Assembly: GCA_000708835.1 (NCBI GenBank)
Contig: DF237424.1
Coordinates: 8,481-72,480, forward strand
Direction of reading: 5' to 3'
Length of the DNA stretch: 64,000 nucleotides
DNA from: Klebsormidium nitens
Lineage: Eukaryota; Plantae; Klebsormidiophyceae
Position numbers and translations under genes: made by a program. Below the pieces are notes generated by a model, which saw only the letters and a list, made by a program, of their open reading frames with translations, did no database searches and was not told the DNA's origin. Positions 46,071 through 57,400 of the stretch are shown piece by piece (the first letter of the stretch is position 1; each line of letters starts with the position of its first letter).

Positions 46071-48780
46071 TTAGCACTCAGCTGGTGTCTGCGGTGTTTC
46101 CGCCTCTTGACGCGCGCGCGCGCGCTTGGCGGCTTCCCTCAAGATGCCGGAAACCCCGCTAGCAATCATGGCGGCGACGTCTGTTACCGTGTCTTCCCGA
46201 AGCTGGTCGCCCGCCACGTCAGCAGTCGCCCAGGCTTTTAATGACGGCGCCGCCGCGCCCCCAACGTCATCATGCGAATGCGCCGAAGACTCTCGGCCCT
46301 TACTGTCTTTGGGAAACTTGTCGGCGGGACGTTTCTGTTCGATGAAGATACAAAAGTTACAAGGGCAAACATCTCTGCACTGTGTGCTGAGACGGAAGGT
46401 AACTACATTTGAGGGTCCGGTCAACACGGGTAAACGAGCAAAGGTCAAATGCTGCATGATTACGCCGATGAAAACTTGCAGGCGGACAGTCTTCCATAAC
46501 CAGCGTGTGCTCAAGTCGGGAACAGCTTTCCGTTTACTCAAGTGTATCGTGAAGAGGCTGTTGAGCATGGCATCTCACCTTCCGCTTGCCGTAGGATATA
46601 TTGGGGCAGTATCTGCCGAGGTGGGTGATGACGCCACGTGGCGTTTGGAACTTGGCCCCGCACTTATCGCACTGCGTGGCACTGCCAGCTCCAGGGCGCA
46701 CGCGCGCACCGCCAGAAGAGCGCGCGCTCTCCGCGGCCGCCGCGCCGTTCTGTAGAACGCGAGCAAGGGAGATACGTACGATCGTCAATGAGACGCGCTG
46801 GCAACGAATGACACGTATCTGGCCGGCCCTTAACGTCCAAGGTTTCAGACAACATCATTGTAAACAACAATGGAAACACTTCAAAGAAACGGCCGTTTGC
46901 TTGTCTGATTATCTTTGAAGGATTCGGTGTAAAAAGGAAGAACTCCGCGAACAAGGAACGAAACTGCAAGGTCACACAAGCTGCGCTGCAGGTCAATTGC
47001 TCATGCATAGAAGCATCACATCTAGATCCACTCTGTATAACTCCGTTGCTTTCTTAATAAGGTTGGCAAATTTGTTCTAGCCACGGCCTTTTTCCGTATA
47101 CGTTCCCGGTCTACACCTCAAGTGTTTCTTCTCAGTGTAAAGCAGGGTCTTTTGACAAGAAAGACACATCGGCCTGCTCTCAGCCAACGCACTTCTGACT
47201 TCGTTCTCACCTCGGTCCCACTGACCGGCTCTTCTTGATCGCCGGAGCGCGCCGCCTCCAACAGAGACCGCCAATCGGCTGGCGGTGCATACTCCCCGTC
47301 CGCCAATACGCGTCCGCAGGGAGTCCGCCGAACAGCGTCCGAGGCCGTCCGATTTGCCCTCTGCCAACGCGTGCAAGGAAATCGGGGCGTGTCAGTGACG
47401 ACTTTGCTGCAAGAACCGGACGGCTTCATTGAGAGCCATGAGTTAATACTTTGCACGGAGGACGTCGTCGCCGAAACGCTCTTTCTATGCTCATTAAATC
47501 GAAACGGCGTAAGAGGAGCTTGTCCACTTCGAGCTGCTGGGCTGAGGAAAGGAGGTCACAAGACAAGGCCGATGCATTTTGTTGATACGAGATTATTCGT
47601 TTCAGCATGTGACGGGCGCAGGTTGGAGGTTTCAAAAGTACAGAGGATTTAATCTGTTGGAAAGCTACGAGAAAAGAAAAACCCGTCAAGAGTTTCTGTC
47701 GATTGTAACATTGGAAACAGCACGAGAAAAAGAAAGACCCGCCAAGAGACTCTGTAGATTATTTTGATTCTTTAAACCCGCAACTCCCAATTTGCGCACG
47801 CAAGCTGTGAAGGAAAGACCTGTAAAGCAACAAAGCTGAGCTTTCCTGCTTAAGTCAAAAGGCGTTTCACCAAACTATCCACATTGAAGGGCAGTAATTT
47901 GAAGCTCATCAGGCTGATCCGCAGAGAAGCAAAGACTTCCAGGAGACATGTCAGTCAAGGATTGAGAATCATGAATTGCAAGGACCCACCAGCCAGATCT
48001 GCCTCTCCCGCTCGAAGTTGACCATCATGAGGGCCAGGATCTTGGCCAAAGCAGACGAAGAGCGAACCTCCCTGCGAGTGAATCAAAGGCAATGAAGACG
48101 GTATCGTTCTTCGAGATCTCAGTATGTTTCAAGAAGGGGCACAGAGTAGAGTAGGACCGCAGCCTGAGAAATTACCCCCTAAGCGAAGAATGAGAGACCT
48201 CGAAAGAGAGAGATTACTGTTCTGCGTGTCCCTCAAGCACTCGAAGTTCTTCGTGGATGATCCAGGTTCTGGATTCTGGATCATCCACGTAAAAGTTCAT
48301 GTCTTGAGTACTTCACACTGTGACAGTTTCTAGAGAGGGCCAGTCTACGTTATAAGAATCGGTCATCAGCAGATGAGCCATGGCAGCTGTTTTGACTCAC
48401 TCGAGTGAGTCAAGTTCCTTCGCCGCGTCGAAGTCCCGCTTGAAGTGCTCGTGCATGCTGCCCCACACCTGCTTGTCTATCGAGAATGTCGAGCTCTCAG
48501 CATCATACAGAAAGCCTTTGAACTCATCCCCCTCAGTCTTAGGCGCCCACTTGGCAAGAAAAGGGTTTACCACCGCCATAAAGACAAGAGCGGGCCTCTT
48601 TGCGTTGCATTCAATAGCTGCTTGAAACACGTTATACCAGGCAGAGAGCCCCACGCAAAACTCGTCGATCTCGGGCCAGGTGCCTTGGTGTTCCTTCTGC
48701 CCAAAGTCCTTTCGCTTCACCAGGAGTACGCACGCCCGGTGATGGGACGCCTGGGATAGAATCGAATCGTCCCTTTCCAT
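46071..48780 (-). CDS. Putative multi-exon gene or pseudogene of unknown function, with a C2HC zinc-finger-like motif
   Basis: Two phase-consistent exon chains: (~48780)-48401, 48310-48218, 48071-47990; and (~47456)-47211, 46749-46579, 46334-46071. Motif CDKCGAKFQTPRGVITHLGRYC. The link between 47990 and ~47450 and the 5' end could not be resolved. Confidence 0.45.
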
Positions 48781-50322
48781 CTTTGCTAGTGACCCGCTTC
48801 AAAAAGCTGCATACGAGAGAAAGCAGAAGACGTCCCTCCGGATGCGAGTTTTTAGCGTCTCATGTTGCGAAGGTGCACTGGACCCTCGTTCTGGTAATTA
48901 TGAGACCGCTGTTTTCGTCGTGTTGTGGCCAGCAATCTCTCTTCGCTTTGATGAAACAGTATATTAGCAGACTGAGCGTGAAGGTACTGACGAAGTTGTC
49001 GCCTGTACTGCTAAGCAAAATTCGAGTATGACCAGGCTGCCTCGAATGCGCAGAGGCTTAGTCCTCGTCGTTCGACGATTTTCTCCAATGATCTGCATGG
49101 CGAGGCTTTCCGTACGATTTTGCGGATTCTCCCGAGAGGAAGCCCAGCTAGCATGGATTGATGTTGTGAAGATGCATGGAAGGGCACCTCAATTGGGCAG
49201 GCAGCCAGAATTACTCTCTCGCAAGGCTGGGGGCCTTCTTCCCGTAGAGTGGCGTTCTTTTGTAGAGGAGATACTTCAGCGCAGGCAAGTCACTGTGTAG
49301 GAATTAGAGTGGAAGCGAAGGTCCGCTGAAAATGAGGTCTTACCCGCTGCACAACCAGCTTGCATTCAGTCATTTCGAAGCAGGGAAGCTGACCGGCTGG
49401 GCGCGGCGCTGCATTTCCGCGAGACCTCAGGGATCGATTTTGCTCGGGTGCGCACGGAATACGGTTCTTGAGGGACCATCTTCTGAGTGCCGCGCTTCTT
49501 TGCAAGACCTGCTGTTCTCCCACTTCAGAAAGAGGTGTGCAAGCTCTTAGAAGGAGTCAACTCTGGCAAGGGACCTCCTACTAGTATTCATTGGGTTAAA
49601 AGGGGCGCGAGGTGAGTTACGAGGATGAAGTTCGGCAAAACGTTGGCATGCTCCATCTACAGCCTCTTACAAAAGAAGAGGAAGGAGAAGCATCCAAGAT
49701 GTATGAAATGCCACTCATTATCATCATAAGAAGGAGTATGAAGACACATTTGGAAATTCAGTTTGAACATACGTAGCTTTGAGCAACCAAGCTGCTATTT
49801 TTTGCACGTGTTAGCTAGCGCAACTCCGGAGTCACCATATTGTCCACGGTTCGAAATTGAGAAAGCTTTGCTGCGTTACGCCCTGATAGCAGGTTCCTAA
49901 GAATCGGTTTTTGTGGAGAAGACAGACAATCTCCAAGATTTCACTTCCTTGTGATTTGAAGAGTTGACTCAAAGATTGGATCCCGAAAAAGCCTTGGGAA
50001 TCTGCTCTTGAGCATTGCCAGAAGGTCATTGGTCAGCATCCCCTTCGTAAGAAGTTTCTGTGAAATAAGGCAGTGGCGGATACAGCCTGTTTCTTTTGCC
50101 ACGTCATATCCACGTCAGATTGATTTACGAGGTTGTGGGAACCTTGAATGTTTCTCCTTCGTCCTTGTCCTGACGGACGACCTTTCTTCAGACATCATTG
50201 CACAACTGGGCAGTTTGACCAGCTGCTGCTAGCGCTATCCATGCAGAAACACTTCGCTTCTGCTTCGCGGTCTGTGTCAAGTCCGTCGAACTCGGCCCCC
50301 CTCGAGGACAATTCCAACCACC

Positions 50323-53142
50323 ATGGCGAACTTCTGGCCAGGTCCTGCTGCCCATTTCTCGCCCCAGGGTCCCGTTAGACCTCCAAATTCTCAAAACCCT
50401 CAACCCCTAGTTCAGCAGCCGCCGCAACGTTTCGTGACGTTTCAAGGTCAGGCCCAATCTTCGCTCGGACAGGAACGACTTTTCGGACAGGCGCAGGGCT
50501 TTGGTCAGCCGCAGGGTTTCGGACTGCCCCACGAAACGGGACACGTGGCAGCTTCCGGACATGTGGGCGGTTTTGCGCAACCTCTTGCGTTCGGACAGGG
50601 TCTGGGTATTGGACAGGCGGCATACGGGCAGGTCCAACAAGGCTGCCTCCCGGGGCACTTAACCGGTCACGCCATGCAGGCTCAGCAGACGGGGAAGAAC
50701 TTCCCTGAGAATCAGTGCGGGGGTCAATTGCTTGTGGTTAACCCCCTCGCGGTCGCTCAACCGGCCACCCCTAACCACTTTGTTTCGGTCCAGACCGGGA
50801 CGGTGTTTCCTAACCCTGGCACAAACACCCCGGTTCAAAACGCACCTATGCTCGGTAACCCGGGTCAGTTGCTCCAGCTTCAACCGGGGGTGGTGCTCCC
50901 CAATCCGGGTCAAGGTCTCCCGGTCCAAGGGATAAACGTCTTTCCAAACGTGTATCAAGCTTTTGCGGGCCAGGCTCAAACCCCGTTCTCTTTCCCGGTG
51001 GCGGGCCCCCGACCTGTGACGCCTCCCAATTCTCATCTAGTAGCAGCCTTGGGCAAACCCAGTCCGATTCTCCCCAGTTCGAGTAGCTTCCCCCAGAGGC
51101 CAGTCCAGCCGAATAGTCCTTTCCAGAGAGCTGTCGGGGGGAGCTTCCCGGGGCACGCAACGCCGCAAGAGCAACCCCCCAGCACACTGACAGTCAGACG
51201 GCCGTGGCAACAGCGGTGGCGCGGGATGGGCAAGCAGTGCGAGGAGCCGGGGTGCAACTTCTTTGGGGGACGTAAGACTTTCGATTTCAATCTGGAGGTC
51301 TACAATAGAGTCAGAAAGCTAAAGTTGTTTCTTCGAGTCGAGGTGAAAGAGCGGATAACGCAAGGGAACTGCTAGGCGTGAATGCGCCGCATTTGTAATG
51401 CAGAGGCTTGTGTGAAAGCTTGATTCCACCTGTTCTCAGCACGGGCACTCGGTTGAACAACGAAATACCCAGAAATTTCGCATGAGTTTGAGCGCTGCTC
51501 CAAGTGCATTGATCGTTGTCTCGGTAGCTTAGCTTGGGGAGGTTGTCATTTCTTCGGATTGATTGGCTTTGATTCTAGATGTGGAGGTCCTTTTGTGACG
51601 CCATGCACAAAAGAGAGAATTGGTCAATAGCCCTTAAGCATGTTTTTGATGCTCTGACATCGTATGGGGTCAAACGAGCGCCTGCCTAATTAAACAGTAC
51701 CAGCAACTCTCGACTTCGATTGCCTGAGAAGGATTGGTCCACTTGGGTGTATTCGAGAATGCGCTTCAAGGCTCTTCTGGACTATTGAAAGTTCTTTTAG
51801 TTCAGCTTCAAAACGCCGACTTCCTCGATTGCTAGAGTTCGCCATCCAACAATCTTGCAATCAAATAGCCCACTTGTCTTCGATGGCGCTTCGTCAGATT
51901 TTAAGCCCGCTCTCTTTCTCTATCTGCAGGCAAGGCGATGGCCAAGCACCGCTTTCATAACCACGACGAGGTACCGACCCCGCCCAAAGCGCCGGTGAGC
52001 AAGGAAGCAGGGGAGAAGGCGCTCAGGTGGCGGGAGGACCGCAAAAAGTGCTTCCCAACAGGGGCCAATATCCAGAAAAAGGTGAGCGCAGCCTCTGTAT
52101 CGCACATGAGTCGGTTCCTTGCAGATTGTACGCGCGCATGAGCCGAACAGGCCAACTTTGAGACCGCTGAAGTCGTTTACGAAAGGGTTAGCAGACGAGG
52201 CGCCTTGCAATCAAAAGCTTGGGCGGAAGGGTTGATCAACTTCGGAGAACTTGGCAGCAGAACCTAAAACTTCGTTGCCACATGCTACAGTTTTAGGTTC
52301 TGCAGAGAGCTTTTCAGGGGATTCGGAATTCATCATCTCGATCTTAAGACGCCGTCTCGCTACATTACTGTTACATTACATTACTACTTTAACTGTTCTT
52401 CGAAGTCGGGATACGAAACCCTGCAGACCTCGTGTCCTTTCTGTTTTCGTCGTCGCATGCTTGAGCTGCCTCTCGATCGACCAAGCTAGCTAAGCGTCCC
52501 CTTAAAACCTTCTTCAGTATAAATATCCGATTCAGAGGAACATCCAGACTTTACGAGGAGACACCTTTTTGACACAACCGAAACTGCAAATAAAAGCGGG
52601 CCAGCCTCCATGAATGAGGAGCCGCAACGCCCACTTTTTCAGAGAAGGAAGACGACAAACCGGAAAGACTCCAATACTGTGTAGAAGACGGTCAAGCACT
52701 GGGCATCTTCTGCTTTCTGCAGTTGGCGGAGGGCGCCGCGCGCTTGGCCCGCGGCGAGCTCGACCTGGAAGTCGACAGCCGCAAAAGACGGCGGCACCTG
52801 CGGCAGCTGGTCAGCCGGGGGCAGCAACTGGGCGTTCCGGTGCCCGCAGGGCTGGAGCGTTTCCTCGAGGACGATGCGACCGGGGGAAAGCCCCGAGGCG
52901 CGAAAGAAGACCGGGCGGCTGGCGGTGCGGCCTTGGACTGGGAGACGTTCTTCGGTCGAGTGCTGAAAGCGGAGGAAGGGGCGGAGAACGGTGGGGCGGA
53001 GGAGGGGGAGCTAGGAGAAGAGAGGGAAATGCTGGAGGGGCAGAAAAAGGGGAAAAAGGGCAAGTCGAGCAGGAACAGGAAGACGCGAGAAGCTGCTGAC
53101 GAGGACGGGAAGCGCGTGCCAAAGCGGGAAGCAGGCCCGTAG
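50323..53142 (+). CDS. NUFIP: NUFIP1/Rsa1-like protein (box C/D snoRNP assembly factor family), 3 exons
   Basis: Exons 50323-51271, 51930-52081 and 52723-53142 join in phase. The splice creates a C2H2 finger CEEPGCNFFGGRKAMAKHRFHNH, followed by the NUFIP1-type motif RWREDRKKCFPTGANIQKK. Long Q/G/P/F-rich N-terminus and acidic/basic tail. Confidence 0.8.
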
Positions 53143-54447
53143 AGATTTTTTAGGAGCGGCCCGGGGGGAAGCGTTCATGGGAAGCGGGGTTAAGGAGGAG
53201 CCTGGGGGCCTCGCGGCGATGGGGCCGAGATTCGGGATAATTGAGCGTCAAAGCGGGTGCAGTTACGCGCCTGACAGGGCAGCGGCAGAACTTGCATCAT
53301 GATGAGTAGACCTTTCTTTGGACGAGCCTGTAAAATTCGTTTGTAGCGGACATGGAAAACACTTGAGAAAATCGTTTGGGCAATGGCAGGGAGCGTTAGC
53401 TAGTCTCGCCTGCGCAGAAATATAGAAACACAGTTCGATCTGACGAGTCGGCATGCATGCATGAGCTAGTTTACGAAGTGCTATCTTGTAGCGCAGGGTA
53501 TAATTGTAACACAGGACATGGATCTGGGCAAATCCTTCGCTTACAAAAGTTCATCATTACAGGCTGCCGAGGCTCCGCGTACGCACGCTCGACGATTTGT
53601 ACAAGACCATGTGCATGCAAGAGGTCGATGATTGGCAGTTGTATTTCACTTACAAGTCTGTTCTGGACATGTGCAGCAAATCGATGCTAATAGACATGCG
53701 TAGCATCATTACGCAATTCTGATAAGTCATCTAGAACGGGCCCGCTTGTGCACAAAATTAAGTGCAAGTACATGAAAAACGCGGCTCAGCGCCGACCGGC
53801 ATGTCGTGTGGACGGCCGAATGCTCGCTGGCTGCGACAGTGCGACCATGGATTGAAAAACATTGCACGGAAGGAATTGCAAATATAGACGTTTGACTTGC
53901 GCACATGCCAACGCTTCTTGATAAGCAGCTTAACTAAAATAGTGTACATTTCGCTCTGTTACCTCTTCATTTTCGCAGCTTACTATCGGACCCGACTGTC
54001 TTAGACCATATTGACGGCTTCCGTGTAAGTTTACTACAGTATTGCAAGCCCAGACAATCGACAACTTCTAGATATAGACCTATCTTTCGACTATAATAAA
54101 TCAGCTCCTAATAACCCTGTTTAACGTGCTAGATAGTTACCATGTTGCATTCAATAGCACAGGAAATGTTCAGTGAACGCAAGTGCCGTGCTACACTTGC
54201 ACTCGGCCCCTTCGAATAATCACTTTATGTATACCATATGACCACGGGCTCTTCAAACACCTCCGGTCGTCAATGCGCGAACAACATCCTTTCAACCCCT
54301 TCTCGAGCCACCCTCCGGCGCGCATCCCCGAGCTCCCGGGCTCATTCTCCTGGCTCTCCAGAGGCGCAACCCCAGCTTTCCGAGCCTTCCATCCAACCAA
54401 TAAACCGCAGAACCCCGGGCTCTTCAAAACCGACTCCCCCGGGCGCC

Positions 54448-57400
54448 TTACACCTTGTGCTCGGGCATCCCGGTGTCCTGGTAGGGCTTGGCCGGGGGGC
54501 TCCCGGTTGGCGACAACTCGGCCTCGGGCTCCGGCACGGGCATGCCCGCCAGCTTGCGGCCGTGGTAGTAGAGGTAGTCGGGAATGTGCAGCAGGATGTA
54601 GCAGCAGATGCCCGCGATGACGCCATACGCGATGGAGTACGTCAGGGGCATGATGATGATGGTCAGGAACGCGGGGATGCCGTCGCGCGGGTCGTTCCAG
54701 TTGATCTCCGCGATGGCCTTCATCATCATGGCGCCAACCTGGGAAGCGAGAAGGGGAGGCGAGCGGGTCAGGTTCAACCGTGAGAATTCGGGTTTCTTAA
54801 ACGAGGAGCTCGGGAATTGCAAAACTCTCCAGCCTAACGAGGCTCTCATGCTGGCAGGGAATTGAGAAATCCTAGCTCTTTGTCTCTTTTCAGTTTTAGC
54901 TTTTAGAAAAAGTTCATATCTGAGCGAAACCATCAAACGCAGCCCCGTTCGAGCCTCCTAGAGCAAATACGTCAGATCTGAGTTGCCAGGCCCTTACCAA
55001 GAAACGGAGGGACAAATCTTGTTTCCGTAGTAGCAAGCTAGACCCGTCACGACTACGGACGTCACCATAGACTGTAGTGCTAGCCAGCATCACAACTTGC
55101 TCACTCGCACCGTCCCTTGCTGTCCACACTAACCAAGCCACCTTCGGACCCCCTCAACACAAATTCGAATACGGAGGAAAAGAAAAGAAGAAGAAGAAGG
55201 CGGCGCTCACCAGGATGAGGGGCGGCCCGTTGGCCCAGGGCGGGATGGAGGCGAAGATGGGCGCGAAGAAGAGGGACACGAAGAAGAGCGACGCCACAGT
55301 CAGCGCCGTGAGGCCGGTGCGGCCGCCCTCGCGGATACCCGTGGCAGACTCCACGAAGACGGTCACGGGAGAGGTGCCCAGAGCGGACCCGACCACGATC
55401 GCGGTGGCGTCCGACATGAAGGCGGGGTACTGCCCCGGGAAGTTGCCCTCCTCGTCAACTGGAGGAGATAGAGGAGAAAGGTTACGTTCAGCAGTAAGGT
55501 TCGAGTTCTTTCCGTATTCGTGTAGACTTGCAGCATCGTCTAGGATGGAGGGATAAGGCTTTGGGGCAGTCGTGGCAAGAAAGACGGCAGTTACTTATTG
55601 ACTGCAGCAATAAAGCGCCAAGAATCCTCCGATTAAGCAAGGAATGCTTCTCACGGCAACGTTGATGAGATGTGCGATCTCTAAAGAAGCGGAAGCTGTA
55701 CTGTAAGGGGTACCCGTTTTTACAGAAGAGCGCTCCGGTTGAGACAGAAAAAGTATATGCTTTCTTCCCGCAGATTTGACCAAGCCGCAAGTTCGAGCAA
55801 CTTGAAGAGCTCGGACAGCCTGAGCCTTGGCGAAACAGCTCAAGGCGAATCCAAGAAGAAAAAAGCCTGCGAAACCCCCGTGACCGTTCAAGGAGAGGAC
55901 GATGATGTGCGCCTTGTCCAAGCACGAACTTTTTGGACTCTTAACACTCCCCGTTCTTGACACTCACCGAAGCCGATGAACTTGGCCATGGAGTAGAGCG
56001 TGCCGGTGGTGTCCATCATGTCGACGTACAGGAAAGTGATGAGCGTCACCCAGAAGTTGCCCTTGTTGATGGCCGTGAAATCGAACGCGCCTGCCGTCTT
56101 CTTGATCACGTGGAAGTCGACTACCTGGAAAACAAAGAGGGCGGCCAGGTATAGGGTCAAGAACATGATATTAGACGGAAGAAAAGAAGAAAGACAAAAC
56201 ACCAAAGGAAGAAGGATGACCAGAATACCAAGAAAAAGCGGAGGACCAGAACACCACAAATCGGAATCTGGAGATTCAAACTGGATATATCCAACACAAG
56301 GAAAACCCAAATGACCAGAACACCACAAGATGGAAACTGGAGACATCGAACATAGGAAAACCCGCGAAGGTCCTGGTTTGAGATGCCCCTATGCTTGACT
56401 GCGAAAAGTCGCTTGACAGTTCCGTGAAATCAAGTAAAACCTAGACAGTAACCCTCGGAATCGCTTCCTCATACCAAGCAGCGCACTCGAGAGGAGTTGT
56501 CTGTTGCCAAACATGCAAATAATGAAGGACACCATAAAACCGGACCTCCAGCTCAAACGAAGAGAGAAGCTGACATCAAGTGAGGCGCACCTGCTTGAAG
56601 TACTCGAAGCGCGCGTCGCCGGCGTCGGTGTGGGGGAAGTAGGTGACCTTGGAGCTGCCGCGGAACCAGGAGATGATGGTGACGTATGCAATGCCGTAAA
56701 TCATGGCGCCGCGCACGTTCTTGACCAGGCAGAACGCAATTACCAGGAAACCGGTGATCCTGCACGGAAACAACCTAATCATGAGGTACTGAAGGGAAGG
56801 ACGCCACGACGGTCTTAAACGGTCCTGGGCCAGCAGGCAGCCTGCAGAAACCCGTAAAGGCTAAGCCTCTAGTCTAAACGCAGGCGCTTGTCCAGTATCG
56901 TTGAGTGAAGTCGTGCCCCTTATGTGACAAAGGGCCAGGATAGTCACAGCCCTCCGAGGAACCGTCCATATGCTCTTGATGGTACAAGTGAAGTGTGGTG
57001 GGCTGTCACGGTTCAATTAAGATTCCTGCTTACTCAAGAGCTCTGAAAAAGGCAACCTATTGTAGAAAATCTGCACCAAGCCTGACGCTCAGTGAAGCCT
57101 CTTTTTCGGAGTGCCGATTGACAAGAGAACCCACAAAAAAGTAAGCGCCAAAACTTGGCCCAGGCTCTGGATTCCAAGCTGAAGTGTAAATTTCGTCTAT
57201 CACATCCGACCGTTTTCACTGTCGAAGTTCGAAACCCTCCACACCCAGACTCGGCCCAATAATTGCACAGCTAGAAACTCACCGAATTAGGTAAGCCTGA
57301 AAGGACAGGAGCCTCAATCTGGTGAAAAGCTGGAATCCTGACAATTCTGAAGCCTCAACGACCACAGCGACCGAAATTTCTGAAACCCCGGGAAACATCG

